A DNA stretch of 34,141 nt, taken from Welwitschia mirabilis. Its lineage: Eukaryota. This document shows, piece after piece, positions 1 through 13,445 of the stretch; positions within the stretch are counted from its first letter, which is position 1, and the number at the start of each line of letters is the position of its first letter. Below the pieces are notes generated by a model. It made no database searches and was not told the DNA's origin. It saw nothing but the letters and a program-made list of their open reading frames with translations. The position numbers and the translations under genes are program-made. The stretch is taken from the NCBI GenBank assembly GCA_051453625.1, contig JBOZIK010000001.1, positions 3,959,370-3,993,510 on the forward strand, read 5' to 3'.

Positions 1-632
1 AGATTAAGGTCACAACATTTGATGATAAGAAATTTTTCAAAATGTCAAATATAATAAGTGAAACATTCTATTTATAGTAGACTCTATGGGATGTGAAGAG
101 GTACTAAGTCAGAGAGTGATAAAAGTGGTGGAGGTAGTGGAAGTGATAGTAGTGGTGGGGTGGAAGTGGTGGAGGTGGTAAAAGTGGTAAAGGTGATAAA
201 AGTGGTGTGGTGGAAGTGGTGAAGGTTGTGGAAGTGGTACAGATTCCATTACCTTATTAGACCACTGGGTAAATAATAAATAATAATTATGCTTACCATA
301 ATTAATAAATAATAAATCAGTTATTAGTAGTAATAACAAAATATTTCCTAAACATAATAGCAATCACAATTCAAGATATTCTTTAGCATTTAAAAATAAT
401 AATTCTAGATATTAAGCAACTATATTCAATTTTAAATCCACAACTCAGTGGCATTTTTAAAAATGAGCAATTAAAGGAATAAAGCCAAAGACAAAGCAAT
501 AATTATGAGAGTATTAGGTATAAAGAAAAACATCTAAGAATTAATATAAATATTAGCCTTAAAAATTTCATATTCTCTTTTAACTTATTAGTTAAGACAT
601 TTTAAACTTTGTAAAAAATTTGGGACATGACA
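1..632 (-). mobile_element. Partial LTR of a Ty3/gypsy (Tekay/Del-like) retrotransposon, inserted into the pol of copia element B
   Basis: On the minus strand it starts at 632 with TGTCATGTCCCAAATTTT, resembling the TGTxACxxCCC start of Tekay/Del LTRs. CTATAAATA (TATA-like) lies at ~70-78 minus. Copia pol-like codons stop abruptly at 633. Confidence 0.6.
110..245. repeat. Low-complexity (GGTGGAAGT/GGTAAAAGT)n-type tandem repeat inside the LTR
   Basis: Directly visible repeated ~9-bp purine-rich units. Confidence 0.85.
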
Positions 633-1105
633 AATGTTTAGTTTGAATATCACCATAAGATCTATTGTGTTGCTAGTAGAGTGATTTTCCTTTGTCTAAT
701 CATATTTAAAGGATTTTCTTTGTTTGTTTCCTCTTCTTTTTAGTATGTTTTACAAAATTAATTATTAATGCTTTTAACTTATAAAGTCCTCTTACCATTT
801 CTTTTGTACATACGATTTTGAGCAAGTCTTTGTTTCCATATTTAAGCTTCATATGTCATAGCTTCATTTCATCTATCGTACTCATTAGGTACTTGCTCTC
901 CTTATTAGAAATATCTTATAGGGTAGTCATATAGACATTTCATTTTCTAATACTAGCAAATAGGACTTTGGTTAACTTATGATCTTTAATAATACAATCA
1001 TCTTTGGTAAAAGTAATGGAAAAGTTTGCATCACATAATTGACTAATACTTAAAAGATTATGTTGTAAACCTTTTATAAAAAATATATGTTTTACCTTAG
1101 GTAGG
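633..1105 (-). pseudogene. pol: Copia element B pol fragment: end of protease, GAG-pre-integrase and integrase zinc-finger region
   Basis: Minus-strand translation LPKVKHIFFIKGLQHNLLSISQLCDANFSITFTKDDCII (copia 'GLKHNLLSISQLCD') and *HMKL...EMVRGLYKL (decayed WHRRLGH...LVRGLPKL). Continues directly from 8712 once element A is removed. Confidence 0.85.
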
Positions 1106-2330
1106 TGTTGTGATGCGAATTCGCAATATTTAAGTCCTTAGATAAAACCTATAAATTAGAATGCTTGTAAAGAAACACACATTAGTATAAATAGGAGTTA
1201 ACTCGAATGTCATAATCTATTGAAGGCACTTAGCTAGAACTTAGAGAATTGATTTCAATAAAGTATTTTTAGTCTTTTTTCTTATAGTAAATGAAAATAA
1301 GAAACAATGCAAATGCAACACAAGATTAATGATGATGAAATGCAAATGTAATAAATGATGAATCTATCTGACTACTAGTATTCCTATCATCAAGATTAGT
1401 CCTTATAAATTAGATTAATTAGGAAAATCATCACTTAACCTTAACTAACATAAGATGTAAGATACATCAAATAGAATATGCAATTATGAAAATACAATAT
1501 GAAATGAATGCAAATCTAAACTAATAATATCAAACTTAATAATGGTTAACCTCATAATCTAAATTAATAATGAAGCTATCATGGAATCATAACCAACATA
1601 AACCATAAGGAAGGTTCACATAATAAAAGTGAAAAGAGTTTTTGTATTAATTATGAATTAACTTCCACTTACAAACAAAATAGTAACACCTTAATGGAGG
1701 ATATACAATGCGATATGAAGGAAGAATTATCTATATAATAGTATGGACATCTTATTCTTTAATTTTTCATCACAAAACTTTTTGATATAAAAGATGAAAA
1801 TGGGAGTGAAGGCAAGGGGGTATTTATAGTTTTACATTGAAGTTCTAGAAGCAAAATCCTAGAAGTCATAGAAGAAATCCTAAAAACCCACATTAACTCC
1901 ATTATAATGATAATTTATTTTCATTCATATGAAATAGATATGATCTTGTTTGTCATCTGGATGACACCGGGGATACTACCCCATAATAAGAGATGAGTCA
2001 TCAGTTTCTAGCTCCATAGTCAGCTCCATAGTATAGAGTTCATGTTAGCATCTATGTCATCCTAACTATCATCTAGATGACATAGGAAACAATAGTTTTC
2101 TTAAGGCTTCTAGCCAAGATAGATTGGCCTCTTATATTCTTAATCTTTTCCTCTAAATGATAAGTATCAAAATATGCTTAGAATGCCTCCAAATATGCCA
2201 AGAATTATGTGTTTCTATGATCATCTGATCGACTCTCCATAATCATTATAACTGCATCTAAACCTATATAAATGTCCTATAAAAGTACTCAAAATATCCC
2301 ATCAAATATGTACAAATTATCATCACAACA
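1106..2330 (-). repeat. 3' LTR of element A
   Basis: Perfect 10-bp terminal inverted repeat TGTTGTGATG...CATCACAACA. Adjacent to the PPT. Colinear with 7513-8711. TATA (CTATAAATA, minus) at 1821-1829. Confidence 0.9.
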
Positions 2331-2360
2331 TAGCCCTTCACTTAGCCTTGTCAGTCCTTG
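2331..2360 (-). other. Polypurine tract of element A
   Basis: Minus strand CAAGGACTGACAAGGCTAAGTGAAGGGCTA|TGTTG, matching element C's CAGGGACTAATAAAGGCTAAGTGGGAGGCTA|TGTTG at 19757-19787. Confidence 0.8.
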
Positions 2361-5329
2361 ACAAAGTAAGTGATTAACTACAGACTTCAAGACAATTTAA
2401 TAAATATAAATAGTAACTAGAGAAATGTAAATTGGGTTTAAAAATCTTTTACCATGTAGGATCAAATATCAAAAACTAATTAATTAACAAAATACCTTTA
2501 TAGGATGCATAATAGATCTATCATCCTATTAGTCATTTAGGAGATAATTAGGATGATATGCTTATAAAATTAGAATGAAAGTTAGGTTCCTCTGGACATG
2601 ATCGTCAAAAAGATCCATGAACTAAAATCTTCATTAGCCCTCCAGTTAAAACTTTTAACACATCACAAGATAATAATTGAATTTCATACACCAAAAGTCA
2701 TCATAAGATATAATCATGATAAATTAGAAAATGATGATGTGTATGCATAATAGTAAAAACTTAGAATGGTGTGTATAAACTAAGTACTGATAAATTAAAA
2801 TGATGTGTATAAATTAATTAGTAAGTATTAAATATAATCTATAAGGGATAAATTCAAAAATAATCATAATTTTACTTTCCTTGTCTATGGCTTCTTGAGC
2901 ATTCTAGATCACACCTACAAGAATCTATGGTTGTGCTATTATGGCGTGTTAAATAATATCCATAATGCATATTATACAAGTAATTTGAAATCATATATCA
3001 ACTAGCACATCATATATATGTATCATAAAATCTCAAAAATAACACTCATAAATCAAATTTTTGCGTAAATATCTCAAATATTTCTTAGAAATTCATCCTA
3101 CCCTTACCATAGAAAAATCAATGTGTTCCATAATAAGCTAAGAGAAGATGTGTTGTCCACCTCATCATCCAGATGTTAAACATGGAATGACACTTAGAAA
3201 AATAAGTATTTGAAAATTAGTGAAGTTTAAGGAGGATAGGATAATCAATAATATCAATAGTAAAGCCTTAAAAAGTTATCATAAAGTCTAAAAGATGGGT
3301 AAAAGCTAAGAATCAACATCAAAAAGATCAAAATAAAGGAATAGAAAGTAGGAATAACTCAAGATAAGAGAAAAGGATTTAAAACAAGTGAATGATAATG
3401 CATCAAGGAGAGAAAATTGATGCTAAGAAAAATCCTCAAATATGCTAAAATCAATAAGCATTCAAGATTTGTAAGTGGATATATATAAACTCAAAAGTAA
3501 AGAAATGGAAAAAAACATCATCATAAAATGAAAGGAATACATCAATTAAAGTGTAAAAATAATGATAACCCTTATGAATAAAAACCTACAAGTGAAAATA
3601 AAAATACAATCAGAAAACTAATAAATGATCAAGTTCTAAATATTATGTTGAAAAAATATGGAAATGACTTTGAAATACCAAACAAGACAACTATGGAATA
3701 CATAATGAAAATGGACAATTAGAAACATGAAGAATATCATTTACCTATCCAAAATTCAAATCCAAAAAATTTCATTGATAGAAATTGTAAAATCATCTAA
3801 TTAACGACGCATGACATAATGAAAAAAACCTTTAAAAAGTATCATTTGAATAGGTAATGATTATGATGATGTTAAGTATATCTGATGTTTTCAATCAATA
3901 AATGATAAGATCAAAACCCACTCAAAAATGAAGTCACCAACTCACACCCCAAAATAATACTAAAATCCAAAANNNNNNNNNNNNNNNNNNNNNNNNNNNN
4001 NNNNNNNNNNNNNNNNNNNNNNNNNNNNNNNNNNNNNNNNNNNNNNNNNNNNNNNNNNNNNNNNNNNNNNNNAATGAAGTCACAAACTCACACCCCAAAA
4101 CAATACTAAAATCCAAAAAAGTAAAATGATCATGTGGGAATACTATATATATAATAAGTTTAGAAAATAAGCAATGCCTCTGATAACACTAGGGACATCA
4201 CTGATCCTCTAGCCTCTCAGAGTATAATCACTATCAAAAGAGTAAACAACTACACAACATAACCACTTGACCTCCCAGTGGAGTTTCCATGGCTATCATA
4301 TTACTATAGTAAAGGACCCTCTCAGGAAAATTTGCTCTGGTTCACTTTAATAGGACATCATGATGACCATGTTTTTAGATTATATATGAAATATTATTAT
4401 CATTATTTGTTTATTTTTTTCCTCTTCTTCTTTTCTTAGAAGTAAAGGAATAAATTCCACATGACCAAGTACTTTTAAGGATAAGGATGAAGTAATGAGA
4501 TGGTAAATAATAAAAAATACCCAAACAACTAAAGACTCATACCATTAAGAGAGAATAAAAGAACGAAGGCATCTTTCTTTAATATGAATTTCATACACAT
4601 ACAAATGTCTTAAGATTAGGTGAATCTAATCTTATTACTTTGAAATGCCCAAGTAAAAATTTACTAGTCNNNNNNNNNNNNNNNNNNNNNNNNNNNNNNN
4701 NNNNNNNNNNNNNNNNNNNNNNNNNNNNNNNNNNNNNNNNNNNNNNNNNNNNNNNNNNNNNNNNNNNNNACACAAATAACTAAAGACTTATATCATTGAA
4801 AAGGAATACAAGAATGAAGGCATCTTCCTTCCAAATGAAGTTCATAAACATACAAATGTTTTGAAATTAAGTGAATTCAATCTTATCACTTTGAAATGCC
4901 CAAGTAAAAGATTTACTAGTCATGGTAACTTCATAAAGTAAAACACTAGTCAAGTGAAAGATGTTTAAGTGATAGCATAATGTTCACCAAAAGAATTCAC
5001 TAAGAAAGAATTTAGATAATGGAAAGGGAAAAATATAAGACAAATGGTTCTATCTTATTTAAGGTTTAGTCAATAGGTATCTTAATGATTTTGAACCTTT
5101 ATCTATTAACTTCCAAATTTCCTAAGGATTTTAATTGAATATTTTAACTAAGTCAAAAGATAAGGACCTAATCATTTAGAGGTTAACTAGTTATGTAAAA
5201 AGGTGTACTTATTATTATACTTTTCCAAAAAAGAAGGTAAAAATAGAAATTAATTGATAAAACATAAAAGGTATACAACCATTTTAGAGTGGAATTAATT
5301 AGAAGGAAAGAGAGTAAAATGATAAACCT

Positions 5330-6720
5330 TTGATAGCAAAAATTTTAGAATGCGAATAAGAGATAATGAAGTGATAAATTTCATTAAAAAATCTCTTATT
5401 AAAACATCATAAAACATGAGTATCATTATATAATTTATTTAAGGAATTATTTAAATAATAAATCTAAGAAGTTTTTATGGGCTTTTAAAATGAATAATAA
5501 GATTAAGAACCTTCTTAAGATTCAATTCTAAGCATGGATTACCATCAAGAAGATAAGGTTTACCCTAATTTAAAATTCCAAGACAACCTAAGCTATATTT
5601 TTGAAAAGAGTAATCATTAAAAGCATAAGGTAAAGCAGACTTGGTAGAAATGGGAAGGATGTTACTTTGAGTATCATATGGATTTTTAAAAGAAAAAGAT
5701 TGAGACATATTAGGAATAGACTTTTTAAAATTATGGGTTTTATGAAAGTCAAGAAAAGGGATGTGGCATTGAAAATGATATAAAGGTTAAAATGAAAGAG
5801 ATGAAGAAATGTTATTATTATCAAGATCATAAGGTAATGTGAAAGTAGAAGTAGAAGCAAGGATGTGATTTGGAGTTGTATATGAAAGTGCAAGCAGAAG
5901 AGAAGGATAACTATGGATATAATTTTCAAGTTGGTTTATTGTATTGAAATGAACAAGTATATCTTCTATGAAGTTTAAATGAATGTCTATGGATTCTTCA
6001 TTGTGTTCATGTTCTTCATTATTGTTGTTAACATTATTTTATTAGATTATTTTTTTACTTTCCTCATCATGTTTTTGAATATATCTTCCTTCTCTTGTTG
6101 AGTATTTCTTTCATTCTCTAAGTTGTTGGATTCATCAAAAAGATCATCAAGAGAAATGCGAGCATAATCTTCATCATAGATTAAAAATTTTTCATATGCT
6201 TCATGAATGGATTTCTCATCTAGATTTTCTAGCAATAAATAAATGGTAAGGATATAATCTAATACCTTAGTATCATTATCTAATGAATAACCATACTCAT
6301 CCTTATTATTTAAAAAATGAGTTGAGTCATTATTGTTTCCATTTTGATCATCTTCTAATGAGTGGAATGTTGAAGTTTGATTCATAATCTCATCTTCTAT
6401 TTGAAAGAAAGAATAATTATCACTTATTTCTGAGTTCTATTCATTTTTATCAAGGTAGAATGTAGTAGTATAGGTCTAAGGATGTTGTGTTGTAAAATAC
6501 TCTTGATTTTATAATAATGTTTATTGAAAATATCAATCAGATTTTCTAGTTTATTATTAGTATCTTCTTGTTGCTTCTCTATTTCATTAATCATTTTTGT
6601 CAATAAATCATTTTCTTCTTCATAATAGGTTATCAAAGGTGGATCTTATTCATAGTAATTCATGGAATATGGATGATTAAAATGATTGTAGGATGTTTAT
6701 TTAAATGAGATAGAATCCAT
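5330..6720 (-). pseudogene. Degenerate acidic ORF of unknown function carried by element A
   Basis: ORF fragments 6424-6636 and 6047-6385, plus GILN*GKPYLLDGNPCLELNLKK...FNKRFFNEIYHFIISYSHSKIFAIK near 5330-5580. Colinear protein-level similarity to 14611-16259 (plus). Confidence 0.6.
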
Positions 6721-7488
6721 AAAATGTTAAAAATTTTTATTGTTATTTCTATATGAAATATAAAAAGAAGAAGGAGAAAAATAAGAAGGTTTAAAAGAGG
6801 GATGGATCCAATTCCTACTCTCAACATCATTTTGTGTTATCCATCCTCTTTCTGCAAAAATTTCTTAAAGTGTTTTCTTATCATTTTTCTTAGAGTTTTT
6901 CAAGTTTATCATTATTTTAAGAATAATTTCTTAAAGGGTTCTTTTATCACTATTCATTAAATAATTAAGAAGGATAAAATAAGATAATTTTAATCAATAT
7001 GATAAGGAAGATAAGTATAGAGTAAAGATTAAGCTCTATTCCTCTGATATTTTATGTTTTCACCAAATTATTTGGATTCTTAATCACTTAGAAGATGTAT
7101 CATAAATGTTGTTTGGATGAGTGATAAATACTTATTTTGTTAAAAACCAAAAAAATAATTATAAGATTAGAAAAAAAGAAAAACTATAAATAGTCATCCA
7201 CTTAATCATCTAGACAATATAGAGGATGATGTTAACTTTATTACACTATCAAAAAATAGAAAATTTTATTACCAAAATAAAAAAAATGTAAAATGCAGAT
7301 CATCGTCTGCCTAATCATGACAATGACATAGAAGATGATAGGGCTTATTAATGCTACTGAAATTAAAAACTATGAAAAAATTAACCTATAGAAACTAAAA
7401 TAAGAATACAATACTATTTTAAATAAATAACTTAAAATAAAGCCTGAGCTATTTATTTGGATAGTAATAATCCTCTAGATCCTTATGG

Positions 7489-7512
7489 CCTTCCCTAGTA
7501 ATGGTATCAAAA
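7489..7512 (-). other. Primer binding site of element A (decayed tRNA-Asp type)
   Basis: Minus strand TTTTGATACCATTACTAGGGAAGG, derivable by C>T/G>A changes from TGGCGCCGTTGCCGGGGA, the Athila-type PBS. Confidence 0.7.
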
Positions 7513-8711
7513 TTTTGTAGTGTAAATTTGTGTAAACTTTAAGTTATTAAACAAAACCTTTAAATCACAATGCTTGCATAGAAACATAAACTAGTATAGA
7601 TAGAAGTCAATCTGAATGTCATAATTCATTGAAGGGACTAGGTTAGAAGTTAGAGAGTTGATTTCAACAAACTATTTTTACTATTTTTAATTTTAGTAAA
7701 TAAAAATAAGAAACAATACAAATGTAATGAAAGATGAATTATGATGAAATGCAAATGAAATTAATGATGAATCTATTTGACTACCAATATTCCTATCACT
7801 AAGATCAGTCCTTATAACTTAGATTAATTAGGGAAATCATCACTTAACCAACATAAGCTATAATATACATCATGTAATTATGAAAATGCAATATGGCATG
7901 CAAATCTAAACTAATAATATCAACCTTAACAAAGTTTTCTCTCATGATCTAGATCAAACATGAAGCTATCACAAAATCATAACCAACATAAACCATGAGA
8001 GAGGTTCACATAATAAAAGTGAAAAAGTTTTTATATTAATCATAAATTAAAATTTACTTACAAATAAAGTAGCAGCACCTTAATGGAGGATACACAGATT
8101 AACATCAAGGAAGACTTATCTCTATAGCATAGGATGATCCTTTTGTCCTTTAATCTCCCATCAAAAGACCTTTTAGTATAAAAGATAAAAATGAAAGTGA
8201 AGTCAAAGGGGGTATTTATAGTTTACATTGAATTTTTATAAGCAAAAACCTAAAAGTTAGAGACAAAACCCTATTACTTTACATGGGACATGCGACCCCA
8301 TTACAAACATAATATTCCATTCATACAAAATAGTTGTTATCCTATCTGTCCTCTAGATGACACTGGGAATGTTACCCTGTTATCAGCTTTTAGTTCTACA
8401 GTCGCTCCCATAATCTATAGTCCATATCAGCATCTCTGTTATCCTAACTACCATCTAGAGAACATAGAGGATGATATCCTTCTTAAGGCTTCTAGTTAAG
8501 AGAAATAATTCTCCTACATTACTGATCTTTTTCTTCAAATGATAAGTATTAGAATATGCTTACAATGCCTTCAAATATGCCAAGAATTACATGTTTTCAT
8601 CATCATCCCATTGAATCTTCATAACCATTAGAAGTACATCTAAACTTATATAAATATCCTATAAAAGTACTTAAAATATCCATTAAATACATACAAATTG
8701 ATGTCAAAATA
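7513..8711 (-). repeat. 5' LTR of element A
   Basis: Colinear with 1106-2330 along its full length, with decayed termini (TTTTGTAGTG...TGTCAAAATA). TATA at ~8213-8221. Confidence 0.85.
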
Positions 8712-10832
8712 GTATATTACCTCTTATAATGATTACAATACCTCTAATAGAAACTTTTGTGTTATCTTCAAATGTAACCACTCCTTTATCTTATTCTATC
8801 AAGGTGGTGAAACTAGATTTATCTATAGTTATACACCTTTAACATTCACTATCAATGTACTAGACATGTTTCTTTACTGCTCATAATGCAATTTGTGCTA
8901 ATAGAATTAGTCTTCATTTTAGGACCCATGCTTTCTTTAGTTTAGCCTATACAAAACATTGTATTATACTTCTAGGCCTTTTGGCATTGTTAGTGTAATA
9001 TCTAGTGTTGAATTTTATTAGGTAATTAAACTAATAATGACCTCATTTATAGTAATAATAATAAAAAATAATATTATTTGTAAATACTAAATGCTCATAC
9101 ATTGATTTGTAATTCCAATTGTTAAACAAAGAAGCTAAAGTACTAGTGGAGGCTTCATTGTGATGCAATCCACTTTTATCATTTGGTCTTTTACATTGTT
9201 CAAGCATAATGTTTAATGTCTCATTTCTTTAGGTAAACTTCTTATTTATTATCTTTAAGTTAGAAAGTTCTTATCTTATGTTCCTGATTCACATGTTAGT
9301 TTATGAATATTAGCTTTAAGAGATAACTTTTTAGATGATAACTTATTACAAGAATCCTTTTCTTGCTCATAAGCTAATTCATAGGAATGAAGTAATTTTT
9401 TAATTTTAGCACATACCTTTTTCAATTTAATGAATTATTTAGAGATTAAATCATACCTTTCTTGAAGATTCATACCTATTTCATCTTCACTTTCTGATTC
9501 AGATTCTTCTTTCCTTTTATTATTTTCCTTTTGGATATGTATAATGTTCATATAGAAAGGATGAGACTCTTTACATCAAATGTTTCTACCTTAGTTGCAT
9601 CTTCATCATCATCCCAACTTGTGAAGAAAGATATTCTTTTGTTGGGCTTTTTCTTTTATGCTTTTCTTACATTTTATTAGAACTAGAACATTTTGAGGTT
9701 ATGTATCCTCTTCCTCCAAATACCCAACATTTTAACTTGGAAATATCAGACTTGCAAGAAAATGAAGTATTATTAGAAGTCTTAAGAATTACCTCTAGTT
9801 TGAAATCTAGATGATTTTTTGTAGTCCTCCTTTTTGTTATTCTTATGTAAGATAAGTCTTTTGACTTNNNNNNNNNNNNNNNNNNNNNNNNNNNNNNNNN
9901 NNNNNNNNNNNNNNNNNNNNNNNNNNNNNNNNNNNNNNNNNNNNNNNNNNNNNNNNNNNNNNNNNNNTTAAGAATTACCTCTAGTTTGAAATCTAGATGA
10001 TTTTTTGCAGTCCTCCTTTTTGTTATTCTTATGTAAGATAAGTCTTTTGACTTATCTTATGATGACAATGAGTTCTTCATCTACCTCATCTTCAAAGTCA
10101 TCTCTTTCTAATCCTTGCTTTGTTTTTTCTTTTAAATCTTATCTTATACTTTCTCTAGCTTTAAGAGTAATGAGATTTTTTTTTTTAAGATACCATCTTA
10201 AATAAGATTTATTTTAGAAGCTATTAGTGCACTTTTTAGTTCTTCCATCTTTGTAGAATTAAAATCTCTTGATTCTTTCATGGCTATTATCTTAGACCCA
10301 TATTATGAAGTAAAGGATCTAATAATCTTTTGGATTACCTTAGCCTTAAGAAGATTTTTACCAATGACACATATAGCATTTACAATGTTGGAAACTCTTG
10401 TGAAGTATTTGTGAATTCACTTGCTATTATTTATCTTAAGATTTTAAAACTGATTCATCCATACAAGAAGCTTTGATTACTTGATGATGGAAGTCCCTTC
10501 ATATGTCTATAGTAGAACACTACATATCTATAATGCTAATTTACATCCAATTTTTCTATTAAACTACTCCATTATAAAAGCTAAATAGAGAACATTCTTT
10601 TCTTTTGAGTAATAAATGAAGGCTTTCTTTTCTTTTTTTATCTAGTATTTTGTAGGATTGATTTGTATACTGATATTTCTTTAGCATCTATTATGCTTTT
10701 TATAGGTTGTAGGTATCCATCTTCTATGCTTTGTTAAACTTAAAACCCATAATACTATGAGTACACCTCCTGCATCATCTTTTAGTAGGCATAGTTAGTT
10801 CCATCAAAGATTGGAGGTCTAATAGATGGCAT
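8712..10832 (-). pseudogene. gag: Copia (Sirevirus-like) element B gag-protease pseudogene
   Basis: Starts MPSIRPPIFDGTNYAY*KMM (the RPPLFDGTNYAYWK gag N-terminus). Decayed zinc knuckle CWVFGGRGYITSKC (~9690-9730). Protease *YIDSEC*RCITIDKSSF (WYLDSGCSRHMTGDKS) and GVVTFEDNTK. Confidence 0.85.
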
Positions 10833-10880
10833 CCCTTTTATAGTTTACTTAAGAAAGTCACTTCTTTTCATAAGTACCCA

Positions 10881-10893
10881 CTTTGATATTACT
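10881..10893 (-). other. Primer binding site of element B (decayed tRNA-iMet type)
   Basis: Minus strand ...CCTCA|AGTAATATCAAAG, a decayed AGTGGTATCAGAG. Confidence 0.7.
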
Positions 10894-11209
10894 TGAGGAT
10901 CATTGAACTCAGAGGAGAGGGATGAATGAGGTCTACTGAAAATAAATTTTACCAAAATTAAATTAAAACTATATAAGAAATACCTAATTGAGATAACATG
11001 ATTTCCCAACCTAGGTACATTCACATACATAGAGTAGCTTCATCACCTATCTCTAAACAATTTTAACCTATAAAAATGGTAGTTTTAATGCATCACTAAT
11101 CTTACATATAATATGAGATGGTCCTCTTAAGGCAACACTCTCTCTCCCTCAAGGATAATCAACAACACAATATAAAATATGCTTACAAGCACTAACACAA
11201 TGTGATGAT

Positions 11210-12290
11210 TGTTGTGCTGCCAATTTAAGGTTACCTAATAGGATTTAATGAGTTGTTTTACAGGAATTTTATATAGGTTTAGGTGCAATTATGAGGATTT
11301 TGAAGATACAAGAGGAAATCTCAAAAAAATGCAATTATTATCCAAAATTAATGTATTAAAGGCATTTTATATTACATAGAGTTTTGAAAAAAGATTATTG
11401 ATAAAAATGCTAAGTTTCTTTTCAAGAAAATAATTAAAGAAGACTGTCATCCCCTTTGTCATCCCCATGACAGGTAAGACAATAACTGCTGATGTGGACT
11501 ACTAAGTCATCATTTGGAGAATATTTTGTAATGTGATATCATTCCCTATGTCATCTAGATGATAGCTTGGATGACACTAGTATATAAACAACTCAGACAT
11601 ATTCTGTTGACCATTTTATCTGTTTCTAAGTCATTTATGAGTGTGTTTAACCACCCCTACTGTTTGTCCTTTTTTGCTATAATTTATTATAAATAAGACC
11701 CTTTTTGACTCTTCTGCTTATTTTCGTTGCACCTAACATTCCCATGATAGGAGATCGAAGGGTGAGAGATCCATCTACATGTGTTGCAGAAAGATATGCA
11801 TTTGGTGGAGGGCTGTGTATCCTTCTTTAAGACTCGACTATTTTATAACCCAGATGCTATTACTCTTTTAATATAAAAACTTATTTTATTTTTATGTTTG
11901 CATTTTAGATTTTCTTATAATCTTTAAAGACTATGTTGCTCTTGATCTGGTGATAATTTCTTGGATGATATAGATTATCAAGGATAGCCTTTGTTAAGGC
12001 TGAGAGCAAGTAGAGTTAGGGTTATTTTTGCATTACATGTTAGTTTAAATTGCATATTGCATATTGCAGTTTGCATTGTATCTTTATTTTCTTGCATTAT
12101 TATGTATTTTCTGGTTCCTATGATTTTGCAAAGTAACTTGAGTCTCATACTCATAGACTTCAATGTGGATATGACATTTCGGGTTAACTCCCATTATACT
12201 AGTGTGATGTATTATGAAAAATATCTATTTTGATTATTAATAATAGGATCTATTTGAACATAAAATCTTGTACAAATACACACCGTAACA
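11210..12290 (+). repeat. 5' LTR of element C
   Basis: TGTTGTGCTG...CACCGTAACA, colinear with 19788-20858. TATAAATA at 11688-11695. Confidence 0.92.
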
Positions 12291-12314
12291 AATTAGCATC
12301 ATCACCAAGGAAGG
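12291..12314 (+). other. Primer binding site of element C (decayed tRNA-Asp type)
   Basis: AATTAGCATCATCACCAAGGAAGG immediately after the LTR end. Confidence 0.7.
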
Positions 12315-12774
12315 ATATCGAGAAGTACAAAGGTTATTGCCATTCAAATAAGTATATCGACCTCTGTCTATGTGGCATTGTATTTTATTAGGAGCTTTAG
12401 GTTTTCTGTGTGCTGTATTTTAGTTTTGGTTTTTTAAATTTAGGTTTTAGTTTTCTGTAAAAAGTATGGTCCTTCCCTCTATCATCCCCACTATAGTCAA
12501 CATGACAATCTATTTTTATTTTTAGTTTATTTTTGGATTAGGATTTTTTCTACAATAAATTAGTCTCTGTCATCTCCTATGACATCCAAATGACTAGGTG
12601 GATGATAGGCCTATTTTTTGTGTTTTTGCTTTCTGTTTTAAGTTTCGGTTATATTTTTATTTTTCTGTTTTCTGTGTGAATCGTCCCTTCCATCATCTGC
12701 ATGATAGACATGATGATAGTCTATTATTTTTTTTATTTATTTTTTATTGTTTTCTATTTGTAGGATTCTTTGAA

Positions 12775-13445
12775 ATGGCTAAATTAGAGAAGAAATATTT
12801 CAAAGAAAAGTAGCATAAAAAAACATCAAAGAAGGACTAGTAGATATAGAAAAAGGGTTAGAATAATAATTTCTAGGTGCACTCAATCCTTCTTCTAAAT
12901 TTATTCTTTCTGAATCTGATTTTCTTAATAAAAAACTTGTAGAAGGAGAAAACCAAAACACAATGTCGAGTACTTCATGTAAGCAAAAACAAGTAGTAGG
13001 ATCTTCCACTCCTAATGGAAATCTTACTCTTAGAGAATCATTAGCCAATAAGAAATATAAAATTACAACCCCTTTTTATCTACCACAAGGAGATGATATA
13101 GAGCTCAAAAATTTACATGCCTACCCAATTATTAGTGGAGAAAATGATGAGTATTCCCTTCAATACATTGGAGACATTGAACAACTAATCCTAACCTCAG
13201 ACAATGGAAAGAAAAAAAATAATATATAGAATATATATGATAATCTTTCCCATGACATTAAAGGGTAGAGTGAAAAATTGATTAAAAAATATACCCCACA
13301 AGAGCTTGAAAACATGGGATCAAGTCTAGGAAATCTTTGTAAAGATATTCATGAGTGAAGAAACCATGAGAAAAAGGAAAAAGAAGGTAACAAACTTTCA
13401 ACAAAAACCAAATGAAGACTATGCCTCTACATATGAACATTTCTT
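12775..13445 (+). pseudogene. gag: Element C gag (retrotransposon gag domain), frameshifted and cut by an assembly gap
   Basis: TLRESLANKKYKITTPFYLPQGD...FPMTLKGRVKN*LKNIPHKSLKTWDQV*EIF...VTNFQQKPNEDYASTYEHF. Nearly colinear with the gag of element F (33000-33440). Confidence 0.85.

Larger units (their letters stand above)
1106..8711 (-). mobile_element. Element A: non-autonomous Athila-like Ty3/gypsy LTR retroelement (no gag core, RT or integrase seen)
   Basis: Two homologous ~1.2-kb LTRs (1106-2330, 7513-8711), decayed tRNA-Asp-type PBS at 7489-7512, PPT at 2331-2360 and a decayed TSD (GTAGG at 1101-1105, GTATA at 8712-8716). It splits the copia protease. Two 100-N gaps lie inside. Confidence 0.85.

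Noticed and set aside
109-363. 84-aa His/Pro/Thr-rich ORF
   Set aside because: Translation of a low-complexity repeat inside an LTR.
3927-4921. Duplications flanking the gaps at 3973-4072 and 4670-4769
   Set aside because: They abut 100-N placeholder gaps and probably reflect overlaps or paralogous contigs; they cannot be called real tandem repeats.
9783-10052. 85-bp direct repeat on both sides of a gap
   Set aside because: Near-identical (one mismatch seen); a typical unmerged contig overlap or haplotype artefact.
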